A stretch of DNA of 64,000 nt from the human T2T-CHM13v2.0 reference genome, Homo sapiens, in the NCBI RefSeq assembly GCF_009914755.1, contig NC_060941.1. One strand, 5' to 3'. Below, piece after piece: positions 63,868 to 64,000 of the stretch (positions within the stretch are counted from its first letter, which is position 1; every line of letters starts with the position of its first letter). A model generated the notes under the pieces. That model saw nothing but the letters and a program-made list of their open reading frames with translations. It was not told where the DNA came from and made no database searches. A program made the translations under genes and the position numbers.

Positions 63868-64000
63868 TATCTGCAAAATATGTAACAAAGGCTTTTTGAG
63901 AAAGTCCACCCAAAAAGCTGTACTTTTGGTTTTAATATACCATTTGGTTTAATATACCATTTCCTTGAATAGCAGGTGAGGCCGAATATCTTTTCATATT
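63783..64000 (-). repeat. Right arm of the inverted duplication; runs off the window edge
   Basis: Reverse complement of 60893-61110 with 2 mismatches. Confidence 0.97.

Overview
Human-type (primate, Alu-dense) genomic DNA that I recognise as the tail-to-tail PPM1E / TRIM37 locus on chr17q22. On the + strand are the last five coding exons of PPM1E (PP2C-family phosphatase; 3769-19106) and a ~4.1 kb 3' UTR. On the - strand are the last five coding exons of TRIM37 (55529 down to 37450) and its ~1.2 kb 3' UTR. Exon numbers follow my recollection of the gene models; the splice boundaries were read directly from the sequence and keep frame. The rest is mostly Alu, L1, L2, MIR, LTR and DNA-transposon relics, and nearly all ORFs in the supplied track are repeat-derived noise. 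I found no CRISPR-like or otherwise foreign system. The most interesting signals are: (1) a splice donor overlapping the TRIM37 stop codon, paired with antisense acceptors inside PPM1E; one regenerates the same Arg-stop in the PPM1E 3' UTR, and a candidate second would encode a new C-terminus antisense to PPM1E coding sequence; (2) a ~99% identical inverted duplication of at least 218 bp with fold-back scars in a TRIM37 intron; (3) a retroposed 24-nt 5' tRNA-Ile fragment with a perfect 15-bp target-site duplication; (4) an Alu that appears to supply a branch point; and (5) YGCY/CUG clusters and candidate micro-exons. Repeat coordinates and subfamily calls are approximate, made by eye.
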